64,000 bases of DNA, taken from contig JAZDJU010000031.1 in NCBI GenBank assembly GCA_043803685.1, forward strand, positions 1-64,000, read 5' to 3'. The notes beneath the pieces were generated by a model. That model saw only the letters and a list, made by a program, of their open reading frames with translations, was not told where the DNA came from and made no database searches. Shown in pieces: positions 27,944-38,926 of this stretch. A program made the translations under genes and the position numbers. This stretch comes from Candidatus Omnitrophota bacterium. GTDB taxonomy: Bacteria > Omnitrophota > Omnitrophia > Omnitrophales > Aquincolibacteriaceae. Within the stretch, counting starts at the first letter, position 1, and each line of letters begins with the position of its first letter.

Positions 27944-28768
27944 CTATTGGAGTTTCGGCCCGCGGTCGGCAATCGGTTTACGCTTCCTGTTCTTCATCGA
28001 CACCATTGCTAGACCGCCTACCCCAAAGAGAAGCATCGACGCAGGTTCGGGTGTGACCGTGGCATGTTGTTTGATGATGCTCGCATCGAGTGCCACATTA
28101 TAAAGTGCAGCATCATCAAGACTGCCTGCGAAATAGCGGTATCGGGTACCGGCGTACAAAGAACTTCCCATTTCCAGCGGCTGATCATTCGTATTCTGTT
28201 CCAATCGATTCGGCTGTGAAGCCTTGAGATTTCCATCAATGTAAAGCTTCAGGTCGCTCATATCATAAGTTCCAGCCACATGATGCCACTTTCCATCAAA
28301 AACGTTATTTGCTCGAACCTCACTCCACCCATCGAGTCTGCCAAAAGCAAATTGTAGAGTTTGATCATCTTTCATGTATTGCAAACACCAACCATTGTGT
28401 CCATAAAATCCATGGGATTTATCAAAAATTAGCGAGACGTTGCCCACTTGATCCCCGGCATTCGCTTTTAACCATAGTTCAACCGTCATTGCCCCGCTCA
28501 AAGAGTGAATGGCGCCAGAAGTCGTTGGGAAATTGACCCATTGATTGACCCCATTAAAGCTAAGCGCATGGCCAGAGACTCCGGTGACCCAGTTACTGTC
28601 AGTCATGTTTTGCAGGATGCCTGTATTTCCGTTGCCGGACACATCTGAAAGCGTGGTTCCGCTTCCTTGATCGAAATCCCATTTCCCAAGCACCTCGGCA
28701 TATGCTTGCGTCCTGAATAATAGAACACAAGCGATGACGGCTAGCGATCCCACAATGCGTTTTCTCAT
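27944..28768 (-). CDS. LamG/concanavalin-like PEP-CTERM protein
   Basis: Signal peptide; 'WDFDQGSG..DVSGNG', 'DGKWHHVAGTYD...LYIDG', 'GSLDDAALYN'; C-terminal 'TPEPASMLLFGVGGL...RKRK'. Confidence 0.9.
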   Translation of the reverse strand: MRKRIVGSLAVIACVLLFRTQAYAEVLGKWDFDQGSGTTLSDVSGNGNTGILQNMTDSNWVTGVSGHALSFNGVNQWVNFPTTSGAIHSLSGAMTVELWLKANAGDQVGNVSLIFDKSHGFYGHNGWCLQYMKDDQTLQFAFGRLDGWSEVRANNVFDGKWHHVAGTYDMSDLKLYIDGNLKASQPNRLEQNTNDQPLEMGSSLYAGTRYRYFAGSLDDAALYNVALDASIIKQHATVTPEPASMLLFGVGGLAMVSMKNRKRKPIADRGPKLQ

Positions 28769-28823
28769 GAACGACCTCCTGCTTGACAATTATTTTTGTT
28801 TTTCAAGATAGCTAGTTGAATGG

Positions 28824-28869
28824 TACCGGGGACCGCGGGGACGGCTACTTTTGGCTCACCTCACGTATC
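28824..28869. repeat. About 46-bp intergenic motif, copy 2
   Basis: taccggggaccgcggggacggctacttttggctcacctcacgtatc. Confidence 0.75.
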
Positions 28870-28895
28870 ACTTGAGGTGTCTGGTATTATTTTGT

Positions 28896-29495
28896 TTACC
28901 AATATTGAATGAATGGTGCGCCAAACCCAACTCCCGCGCAAGCCCCCAAAAGCAAAAGAACGATTTGAGCTATAATCAACCAGTAGTTATAAGACTCTCT
29001 AACAACTACATATTTAAAGTTCTTTTGATCTAAAGGCTTCCCTAGTCCCTTTTCTTTGGTGTATTGCAATTCCTCTTGGGCGATTGCGGAAAGCAATTTT
29101 TCAGGATCCTCCTTCGTTTCGATTAATTCCTTCAAAATAAATGCGCCCTTTTCGGTTTCAGTCTCTCCTACAACATGCAACCTATGTGACCAAAGAAGCA
29201 TGTGCGCCACACCAGCCAAAAGAGATACAGCCCAAGAGGCAAGAGCAACGAGGGAGATGGTCAAATGAGAATCAGCAACTTCGCGGAAATAGCTGACACC
29301 TGAGATATACAAAAAAAACGCTCCCGCCGTACCGTTCAAAATTAATTTGCACACATCAAATTCAAATCGATTACTTTCCGCAAACGCTTCAACGGCGGCT
29401 TTATTCCGAGCATCGACGGCCTTCAATATTCGTTCTATTGTTTGACGCAACGCTTCTTTACTTTCAATCAACTGAGCTGCCGTAAAATTTTCCAC
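28896..29495 (-). CDS. Hypothetical 3-TM protein
   Basis: 199-aa ORF, GGAG RBS, hydrophobic segments. Confidence 0.65.
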   Translation of the reverse strand: MENFTAAQLIESKEALRQTIERILKAVDARNKAAVEAFAESNRFEFDVCKLILNGTAGAFFLYISGVSYFREVADSHLTISLVALASWAVSLLAGVAHMLLWSHRLHVVGETETEKGAFILKELIETKEDPEKLLSAIAQEELQYTKEKGLGKPLDQKNFKYVVVRESYNYWLIIAQIVLLLLGACAGVGFGAPFIQYW

Positions 29496-29555
29496 TTTCG
29501 TTAATCTCCGTGAAAACCGGACGGCGTCCGAGAGGGAGGGGTTAGCGTCCTAAAT

Positions 29556-29670
29556 GAAAAAAGCGGGCGCGGGCCCGCTAGTGTCACTCTCTGGATTTTG
29601 TGTTGCGCCAAAACGCCGACTGGTCCTGCATTCGCCATGCCCCAACCCTCATTTTCTTCTTCCGTCATTT
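29556..29670 (-). repeat. About 115-bp repeated leader (22-codon sORF + terminator), copy 1
   Basis: Near-identical to 31441-31555; ends on the minus strand in gcgggc-ccgc-gcccgc-tttttt. Confidence 0.85.
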
Positions 29671-29831
29671 TGATCTACAACTCCCCCTTCGACCGCTAAA
29701 TACTCTACCCCTCTGGGATCAGTTTCAAGAAAAAACTCAACCCGCTAACCCGCCACCCCACCAGAGCCCTGATATAACACCTGATGATGATCCACATCCG
29801 CGTCCGAATCACCCCCCCACCCCCGTCCGCT

Positions 29832-29855
29832 GGCCATATATCATATATGATATAC
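29832..29855. promoter_or_regulatory. Palindromic operator-like site (atatcatatatgatat)
   Basis: Inverted near-copy at 30121-30144 on the other side of the XRE gene. Confidence 0.55.
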
Positions 29856-29877
29856 AGTCTCTCCCCCACGCGAAACC

Positions 29878-30096
29878 TCAAAGGATCTTCAAGCCCAACT
29901 TCAGAGTGTCATTGAGTCGAACGAGAAGGTCGAGCGAGAGGTTCTGGAGCCCTCTCTCGATCCTGGAAATATTAGCCTGGCGGGTCTTGAGCGTGCTGGC
30001 CAATGCCTGTTGCGTCAGGCCCTGCGCCTGTCTCGCTTCCGCCACCGCTTTCCCGATCTTCCTCTGGATCTCCGTCACCGAAGTTCTTCCCATCAC
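29878..30096 (-). CDS. XRE-family helix-turn-helix protein
   Basis: 'IGKAVAEARQAQGLTQQALA..LKTRQANISRIERG..NLSL'. Confidence 0.88.
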   Translation of the reverse strand: MMGRTSVTEIQRKIGKAVAEARQAQGLTQQALASTLKTRQANISRIERGLQNLSLDLLVRLNDTLKLGLKIL

Positions 30097-30120
30097 TCGC
30101 TCCCCGCTGCCCCTCTTGCC

Positions 30121-30144
30121 GCATATCCTATATGATATATGGCC
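30121..30144. promoter_or_regulatory. Palindromic operator-like site upstream of the XRE gene
   Basis: gcatatcctatatgatatatggcc is an imperfect reverse complement of 29832-29855. Confidence 0.55.
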
Positions 30145-30185
30145 TTACTGCCCGCTTGACATCCAATCTGTGCATTTTTAAGTTT

Positions 30186-31418
30186 TTAGATCTTTTCATA
30201 GGTGATCCCCAGGATGAACTTTATCCATTCTTTGTCGAGTTCGTTCATTTGAGCCTGGGAAAGGTGCTGTGTAAAACAATCATGTGACGTATTCATATCA
30301 TTGGAAGCGTTTTCGCGTTCATATTTCAAATACTGCTCGAAAAAGTCCTTAAAAACGGGATGCCCTCTCTCGATGAAAAAATAAGTCAAACTCCACGACA
30401 TCAAAGCAAACATTTGTTCGTCTGATCTCGTCATTCCATAGCCCGGCCAGTGGGAGAACACCGCCATGGCATGCTCCAACTCCCCTTGTCCATAAAGAAA
30501 GTTTATGAATTCAAGCTTGGACAGGATTTCGCTTTTCGCATCTTTCTTTTCCAGCTTATAGCTGATGTACTGAGCGAGCCCTTCACTGGCAAACCGTGAT
30601 GGCGAGCTGGCGTAAAAATTACCCAGCAAGCAATGCGCCATTCCATAAGCCATAGCATACCAATCCCAGGAGCCATCAAAATAGATCACTATTTCGTTCT
30701 CGTGGTTATCGATAAACCCTTTAGAGCCATGACCGCCGAGTGGCCGCCCCCCACCCACGTCTTCGAACTTCTTTTTCCATTCATCCATCAACGTCAGGTA
30801 TTCTGAATACCGTCCCACGATCAAGACCTTCACATAGGAAGCCGGTTTCTTTTCAGGACCCAGAATATCCGTCATCAGCTTCTTCTCCTTACGAAGAAGA
30901 TCCCCCAAATGTTCGATCAAGGGTCGATGGTAGATCTCGGGAATATTGGTTTTGATGACAAACTCCTGATTCCCGAATACCTGTGCACCCGTCCAGGACG
31001 GCGCAGCTTTCATGGCTTGGGCGAATTCCTTCTTTTCCTCGAGGGTGTTGAGCCGAGCTTCGATCTGTTCCTTTTGGTTTGAAAGATTTTTCTCCAATGC
31101 CTGCTTTAAAATCTGCTCGGCCCCCGGGAAATCCCCCTTCAACTCCAGAATTTGGTCATAAAAGTCATAAACGATCCATTCCTCAGGATGAGATTTCAAA
31201 AGCTGTTCGAACAGGGGTATCGATTTATTGAATTGGCCTCTCACACCGTAAAGGTAAGCCTTGTCCAGAGTATCGTGGAAGGTTGATGACGGGCTGACGC
31301 TCTTTAGCCCTTGTTCCGTGGCATTTGCAGCAGAAAGTTCGAAAGGCATCGAAAAAGCGGTAGTCAATACCAACCCGAAAACAATGATTAAACGGAACGC
31401 CCGTTCGACTTTGCTCAT
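30186..31418 (-). CDS. Exported TPR protein with degenerate peptidase-MA-like domain
   Basis: Signal peptide, TPR helices, 'AYGMAHCL...SEGLAQY' (HExxH position altered). Confidence 0.6.
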   Translation of the reverse strand: MSKVERAFRLIIVFGLVLTTAFSMPFELSAANATEQGLKSVSPSSTFHDTLDKAYLYGVRGQFNKSIPLFEQLLKSHPEEWIVYDFYDQILELKGDFPGAEQILKQALEKNLSNQKEQIEARLNTLEEKKEFAQAMKAAPSWTGAQVFGNQEFVIKTNIPEIYHRPLIEHLGDLLRKEKKLMTDILGPEKKPASYVKVLIVGRYSEYLTLMDEWKKKFEDVGGGRPLGGHGSKGFIDNHENEIVIYFDGSWDWYAMAYGMAHCLLGNFYASSPSRFASEGLAQYISYKLEKKDAKSEILSKLEFINFLYGQGELEHAMAVFSHWPGYGMTRSDEQMFALMSWSLTYFFIERGHPVFKDFFEQYLKYERENASNDMNTSHDCFTQHLSQAQMNELDKEWIKFILGITYEKI

Positions 31419-31440
31419 GGCTGACGTCCTGCCTATAAAA

Positions 31441-31555
31441 GAAAAAAGCGGGCGCGGGCCCGCGGGTGTCACTCTCTGGAATTTGTGGTGCGCCAAAACG
31501 CCGACTGGTCCTGCCTCTGCCATGCCCCGCCCCTCATTTTCTTCTTCCGTCATTT
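31441..31555 (-). repeat. About 115-bp repeated leader (22-codon sORF + terminator), copy 2
   Basis: Direct repeat of 29556-29670. Confidence 0.85.
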
Positions 31556-31643
31556 GAGCCTGCCACTCCCTCTAAAATGATACCGTCACTTATGGTGTCG
31601 GTACCTTCTGCGAGGTTTATGTGAAGAACCTCTGCAAAAATGA

Positions 31644-31677
31644 AAAGGCGGTTTCCCTTTTGGAGGAAACCGCCTCA
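31644..31677 (-). terminator. Intrinsic terminator-like hairpin
   Basis: Minus strand aggcggtttcc-tccaaaag-ggaaaccgcct followed by tttcattttt. Confidence 0.6.
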
Positions 31678-32202
31678 GATAATACAAAAATCAAGACGCT
31701 ATCACCCTTCGGGGTGCTTGATCGATCAAAACACAGGTCGGATTCTCTACCTCTCCCGGGCGAGTTTCAACAAATTTTATCGATTTTTTCTTTAAACGGG
31801 ACGGCATTTCCCCTCTTTCGAGGGTGGGGTCAGGGCCTGCCTGCCGGCAGGCAGGGAGATCTTTGAAATCCCCCACAGCTCCTCCAGGCCATATAGCTTT
31901 TAAGCTATACGGCAACACTTACCACTTACCCACTCCGCACTAATCCAATTTGATACGGGAAAAGTTTCAAGAAATAATAAAAAAAAGACCGGAGACTGCT
32001 GACTACAGACTTGAGTACTTGCTCTTGAAAGCAATTACGCCTGCCCCCAAATCCAACCTCCCGGATTAGAAGGGGTCGTGTAGCTGAAATAAAGTCTCTC
32101 TTCCATCCAACACGCTTTAACTAGCAATTTCTAGCATTCTAACTTTTTACTTTATTGCATATTTAGGTTGATTTTAATGGAACTTTATGATACCTTATCC
32201 GC

Positions 32203-32727
32203 ATGAAAAAGATGGCCCCGCTCAACCTCAACGCAATCGCATCCGGGATCTATCTGATCCGAGGCAAAAAAGTGATGCTTGACCGAGATCTCGCGGTTCT
32301 TTACGGGGTCAGCACAAAACATCTTAAGAGACAAGTCCGGAGGAACCGCAACAGATTTCCCGAAGATTTTATGTTCGAACTTTCGGACGAGGAGACCCGA
32401 ATTTGGAGGCGCCAATTTGGCACCTCCAATTTGAAAGACAAGATGGGACTTCGGTATTCCCCCTTCGCTTTCACAGAGCACGGCATCCTGATGCTCTCTA
32501 GCGTTCTGAACAGTGAGAAAGCCGCCCAGATCAACATCGCCATTATGCGTGTTTTTTTACGGCTCCGGGAAATGATCATGACAAACAGCGCCCTTGCTCT
32601 TCGCCTTGAGAGAGTCGACAGGACTGTCGAGCATCACGACCGGAAGATCCGCGACCTCTACCGGATCGTGACGAGATTTTCCGCAACAGAGAAAAAAGCC
32701 AAAGGCCCCATCGGTTTTCAGCCATAG
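32203..32727 (+). CDS. ORF6N-domain DNA-binding protein
   Basis: 'IRGKKVMLDRDLAVLYGV..K.L..QVRRNRNRFPEDFMFEL', 'AFTEHGILMLSSVLNS', C-terminal 'IGF'. Confidence 0.93.
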   Translation: MKKMAPLNLNAIASGIYLIRGKKVMLDRDLAVLYGVSTKHLKRQVRRNRNRFPEDFMFELSDEETRIWRRQFGTSNLKDKMGLRYSPFAFTEHGILMLSSVLNSEKAAQINIAIMRVFLRLREMIMTNSALALRLERVDRTVEHHDRKIRDLYRIVTRFSATEKKAKGPIGFQP

Positions 32728-32896
32728 AAAAGCTTCCAGCTACTCAGAGCTATTGCTATTTGGCTATTGGCCGCAGCTCACTATTTACCTTGTGTCGCAA
32801 CCCGTGCATTTTTTACACAGATTGACTCCCGATACAATTTACCTATGAAACCGAGTCTAGTTTGCAGTCTGTTGTCTGCGGTCTGAGGTCTGGGGC

Positions 32897-35026
<2,130 letters not shown>

Positions 35027-35040
35027 TTACTTTCGCTTCA

Positions 35041-35308
35041 TGGAGAAAACTGCATGTCTCCCGAACACTCGAAATTCCCCAGCGATGAATTTCTCGCTCG
35101 CGCACTCATCTCCGCTCGACCGGGAGACTTCGCAAGAGCCAGCTCTCGGAGCGCTTCAAGCCTGGTCCCGCAACAGCGGGTCGAAGCGCGAGAGCGCAGG
35201 CGGTCGTCATTCGCTGGAGATGACGAACCGCCGTTGGCGAAGGTGAAGTCTCCCGGCCACCTTGCCCGCTTCGCCTCGTGAGCGTCGCTCGACATGCGGT
35301 TTTCTCCA
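35041..35308. mobile_element. MITE-like element with 18-bp terminal inverted repeats
   Basis: tggagaaaactgcatgtc (35041) and gacatgcggttttctcca (35291-35308), 17/18 match; extensive internal complementarity; intergenic. Confidence 0.65.
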
Positions 35309-35329
35309 CCGCCTCGCGCTCCTCAACCG

Positions 35330-36052
35330 CTATGAAACCAACCGCTCCGCCAAAAACGGCGGCAGTCCCGCGGCGCGTATTTTCGCGGCCGCCTTCTTAT
35401 TATCATAAGGGAGACGGACGATTTCAAATGTTAATTCATCCGGGTCAAAGATCCCGAACGAAAGACGCAGGTCCCGGTCCCGGGGCTGGCCGATACTTCC
35501 CGGATTGAAAATGTAGCGCGTCCCCTTTTTCAGCTCGTGAACGCCTTCCTTCAGGTAAATGCCCTTCTCTTCTTTTCCGGTGAACATACAGGGAATGTGC
35601 GAATGCCCGACGAAACCGAATTTGCCCTGAAAGGCCATGAATGATTTCCAGGCGTCCTCGGGCTCCAGAAGATAGTCAAAACGCTCCGGACTGTGGAGCG
35701 TCCCGTGGGCCAGGGCGATCTCCCCTTCCACTTTGAGATAGGTCAGGGCTTTGAGCTTTTCGACAAGCTCCGGGCGAAGCTTCTTAGCGGTCCATTGGAT
35801 CGCGGTGCGGGCCCAGCTCGTAAAGGTCAACATGATCTTGGGATGGATCAACGCCGCTTCGTGGTTCCCGAGAATATGGTGTTCCGCGTTCGCGAGCGCC
35901 CACTCGAGACATTCATTCGGATCGGTGCCGTAGCCGATGGAATCCCCGAGGACCAGAAAGCGGGACAGCCCGCGCTTTTCGGCGCACTCGCGCGCCACTT
36001 GAAGCGCCTCCAGATTTCCGTGAATGTCCGCAAAGACTGCGTAGGGCATCAT
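35330..36052 (-). CDS. Calcineurin-like metallophosphoesterase
   Basis: 'DIHGN', 'GDSIGYG', 'GNHE', 'GHSH', 'NPGSIGQPRD'. Confidence 0.92.
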   Translation of the reverse strand: MMPYAVFADIHGNLEALQVARECAEKRGLSRFLVLGDSIGYGTDPNECLEWALANAEHHILGNHEAALIHPKIMLTFTSWARTAIQWTAKKLRPELVEKLKALTYLKVEGEIALAHGTLHSPERFDYLLEPEDAWKSFMAFQGKFGFVGHSHIPCMFTGKEEKGIYLKEGVHELKKGTRYIFNPGSIGQPRDRDLRLSFGIFDPDELTFEIVRLPYDNKKAAAKIRAAGLPPFLAERLVS

Positions 36053-36075
36053 GTTCCCAAAGTTTATTCTATTGT

Positions 36076-36124
36076 GGGGCTCCCCCTTCCAAGACCGGGT
36101 TCTAGAACCGGGTCTTAGAAGGGT
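36076..36124. repeat. REP-like palindrome (copy of 24610-24658)
   Basis: ggggctcccccttccaagaccgggttctagaaccgggtcttagaaggg. Confidence 0.75.
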
Positions 36125-36145
36125 ATGAGCCTTTAAATCAGCGAA

Positions 36146-36418
36146 CTAATACGCGATCCTGAAACCCTTGAAGGTGCCATGCGCGTCCGACCAATGAGCC
36201 TCGACATCCTGAATGTACTGTTTCATCCCCGACTCCCGGATCGCCGTGAGAAACTCGACTAGCACCGTTTCCTCACCTTCAGCCACGACCTCCACGCGCC
36301 CGTCGTCCAGGTTACGCACAAAACCCGTCACGGAAAAACGCCGCGCCAAACGTTCGGCGGTAAACCGGAACCCGACGCCCTGCACAGTCCCGCTGAAAAA
36401 GATCTGCATGTTTTTCAT
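36146..36418 (-). CDS. acyP: Acylphosphatase
   Basis: 'GTVQGVGFR', 'GFVRNLDDGRVEVVAEG'. Confidence 0.93.
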   Translation of the reverse strand: MKNMQIFFSGTVQGVGFRFTAERLARRFSVTGFVRNLDDGRVEVVAEGEETVLVEFLTAIRESGMKQYIQDVEAHWSDAHGTFKGFRIAY

Positions 36419-36945
36419 GGGGCACGCCGTTTCCACTGTTCGCGGAGCCGGAACCCCACGACCCCGAAGGCGACCGCGACATTCAGGGAATTTTTGAGCC
36501 CCGACATTTCGATCTCGATCGTTTTGTCGCACAAAGACAGAAGCTCGTCGGAAACGCCAGCCACTTCATTGCCGAGCACAAGACAAACCTTCGGAGCGGG
36601 CTCGTAATCCTGATAAGGAATGCTTCCGGTGATCTGCTCAAGAAAAACAATTTGGTACCCTTGGGCCTTGAGCTCGCGCACGACGGAGCAGGCATCCTCA
36701 CGGTACTCCCACGGCACTTCTTTTTCGGCGCCGAGCGCGGTCTTCGTGATCTGCGTGTCCGGTGGAAATCCCGTAATGCCACAAACCCAGATCTTTTCCA
36801 CGCCAATGCCGTCCGCGGTCCTGAAGATCGAACCTACGTTGTAAAGACTCCGGATATCATTGAGCAGAACCGAGAACGGAAGTTTGGGGTCCCCGCGTTT
36901 TTCTTTCTGACGCTCGAGGAGTTCGGGATGGGTTAATTTTCTCAT
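36415..36945 (-). CDS. SpoU/TrmH-family RNA methyltransferase
   Basis: 'IRSLYNVGSIFRTAD', 'KTALGAE', 'LGNEVAGV', 'KNSLNVAVA'. Confidence 0.92.
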   Translation of the reverse strand: MRKLTHPELLERQKEKRGDPKLPFSVLLNDIRSLYNVGSIFRTADGIGVEKIWVCGITGFPPDTQITKTALGAEKEVPWEYREDACSVVRELKAQGYQIVFLEQITGSIPYQDYEPAPKVCLVLGNEVAGVSDELLSLCDKTIEIEMSGLKNSLNVAVAFGVVGFRLREQWKRRAP

Positions 36946-36955
36946 GGTGAGGGCG

Positions 36956-37732
36956 CTACGCCTTGGGAGGCGCGTTGTCCCAGGCGAGGTGGCGGCGATA
37001 GCCCAAGTGATACACCCATTCGGGCACACGGCTCACAAGCCCCATGAGAGGCTTCCACCAGAACGGCACATACGCGACCTTCTTCCCTTTTTGGATAGCC
37101 TCGAAAATATCCTCGGCGGCTTTTTCGGGAGAAATGACACCAAACAGGCCCTTGCGCCCACGGACCATGTCCGTGTCAACGAACCCGGGTCGGATATCAA
37201 TGACCTGGACAGCGGTATTCGAGAATTTTCGCCGGAGACCTTCCATGTAATTGGAAACGAACGCCTTCGAGGCATTATAAGCCGGAGAGCGCCCGCTCCC
37301 GCGATGAGCGGCCACTGATGAAATACCGACGATGCAACCCGAGCCTTTTTTCTGAAAATAATCGGCGGCCACGTTCGCCGCGGCGGCAAAGCCGAGCGCG
37401 TTCACCTGGATCATCTCTTCCTCAAAGCTCCACTGGAGTTTCTCGTTCCGGAAAAGCACACCGGCATTGATCACCATAAGATCCAAGTCCCACATACCCA
37501 TGATCACGTTCCGGAGACTGTGGATCGCCTCGCTCGCGTTCCGGAGATCGACCACCCGTGCCAGACTTTTCCCGGGAAGTTCTTTCTGGAGTTCCTGCAG
37601 TTTCTCAAGCGACCGCCCGGTCAACGCGACAAAATAACCTTCCGCGGACAGTTTTTTGGCCAACGCACGGCCGATCCCAGTGCTACAACCGACCACAATC
37701 GCTTTTTTTTGAGGCGGATCTTTCCGTGACAT
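36956..37732 (-). CDS. Short-chain dehydrogenase/reductase, copy 1
   Basis: 'GCSTGIG', 'NAG', 'YNASK', 'PGFVDTDM'. Confidence 0.92.
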   Translation of the reverse strand: MSRKDPPQKKAIVVGCSTGIGRALAKKLSAEGYFVALTGRSLEKLQELQKELPGKSLARVVDLRNASEAIHSLRNVIMGMWDLDLMVINAGVLFRNEKLQWSFEEEMIQVNALGFAAAANVAADYFQKKGSGCIVGISSVAAHRGSGRSPAYNASKAFVSNYMEGLRRKFSNTAVQVIDIRPGFVDTDMVRGRKGLFGVISPEKAAEDIFEAIQKGKKVAYVPFWWKPLMGLVSRVPEWVYHLGYRRHLAWDNAPPKA

Positions 37733-37827
37733 ATGAAATCCCTATGTGCAAAATTCGAGCATGATCAGAAAAAAGCGCAACCCATCGGAAGGCCGCGCCT
37801 TTTCGGCTTCGCGTTGCTGCTCCGTGG

Positions 37828-38056
37828 CTTCTTTTCCAACGCCGAGCGCGGTCTTCGTGATCTGCATGTCCGGTGGAAATCCCGAAACCCTACAAACCTA
37901 GATCTTTTTCACGCCAATGCCGTCCGCGGTCCTGAAGATCGAGCCTACGCTGTAAAGACTCCGGATATCATTGAGAAGGACCGAGAACGGAAGTTTGGGG
38001 TCCCCGCGTTTTTCTTTCTGACGCTCGAGGAGTTCGGGATGGGTTAATTTTCTCAT
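37828..38056 (-). pseudogene. Duplicated 5' fragment of the TrmH-family gene with a nonsense mutation
   Basis: Aligns to 36717-36945 at offset 1111; the Trp codon of 'KIW' is TAG at 37898; truncated at the duplication junction. Confidence 0.85.
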
Positions 38057-38066
38057 GGTGAGAGCG

Positions 38067-38843
38067 CTACGCCTTAGAAGACGCGTTGTCCCAAGCGAGG
38101 TGGCGGCGATAGCCCCAGCGATCCACACACTTCGGAACCCGGATCAGAAGCCACAAGAGAGGCTTCCACCAGGACGGCACATACGCGATCCTTTTCTTCT
38201 TCTGAATAGCCTTGAAGATATCCTCGGCGGCTTTCTCCGGAGAAATGATCCCAAAGAGACCTTTGCGCCCACGGACCATGTCCGTGTCAACGAACCCGGG
38301 ACGGATATCAATGACCTGGACAGCGGTGTTCGAGAATTTCTGCCGGAGACCTTCCATGTAATTGGAAACGAACGCCTTCGAGGCGTTGTAAGCCGGAGAG
38401 CGCCCGCTCCCGCGGTGGGACGCCACCGACGAGATCCCCACAAGACAGCCGGAGCCTTTCTTCTGAAAATAATCAGCGGCCACGTTCGCCGCGGCGGCAA
38501 AACCGAGCGCGTTCACCTGGATCATCTCTTCCTCAAAGCTCCACTGGAGTTTCTCGTTCCGGAAAAGCACACCGGCATTAATGATCATCAGGTCCAGGTC
38601 CCACATACCCATGATCACGTTCCGGAGACTGTGGATCGCCTCACTCGCGTTCCGGAGATCGACCACCCGTGCCAGACTTTTCCCGGGAAGTTCTTTCTGG
38701 AGTTCCTGCAGTTTCTCAAGCGACCGCCCGGTCAACGCGACAAAATAACCTTCCGCGGACAGTTTCTTGGCCAACGCACGACCGATCCCGGTGCTACAAC
38801 CGACCACGATCGCTTTTTTCTGAGGAGGATCTTTCTGCGGCAT
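38067..38843 (-). CDS. Short-chain dehydrogenase/reductase, copy 2
   Basis: Paralog of 36956-37732, same length, diverged mainly at the C-terminus. Confidence 0.92.
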   Translation of the reverse strand: MPQKDPPQKKAIVVGCSTGIGRALAKKLSAEGYFVALTGRSLEKLQELQKELPGKSLARVVDLRNASEAIHSLRNVIMGMWDLDLMIINAGVLFRNEKLQWSFEEEMIQVNALGFAAAANVAADYFQKKGSGCLVGISSVASHRGSGRSPAYNASKAFVSNYMEGLRQKFSNTAVQVIDIRPGFVDTDMVRGRKGLFGIISPEKAAEDIFKAIQKKKRIAYVPSWWKPLLWLLIRVPKCVDRWGYRRHLAWDNASSKA

Positions 38844-38879
38844 ATCAAATCTCTATGTGCAAAATTCGAACATCATCAA

Positions 38880-38917
38880 AAAAAAGGCGCAGCCCGCGAG
38901 AAGGCTGCGCCTTTTTT
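38880..38917. terminator. Bidirectional intrinsic terminator
   Basis: aaaaaaggcgcagcc-cgcgagaa-ggctgcgccttttt. Confidence 0.75.
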
Positions 38918-38926
38918 GATGCGTGC

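Noticed and set aside
27823..27945. Integron attC site (GTTAGAC core upstream of ORF 27794, plus a hairpin at about 27850-27912)
   Set aside because: No matching inverse core site at the other end, no similar sites at the other island genes, and no integrase; at most a degenerate remnant
36956..38843. Diversity-generating retroelement TR/VR pair
   Set aside because: Whole-gene duplication with differences not confined to adenines; no reverse transcriptase
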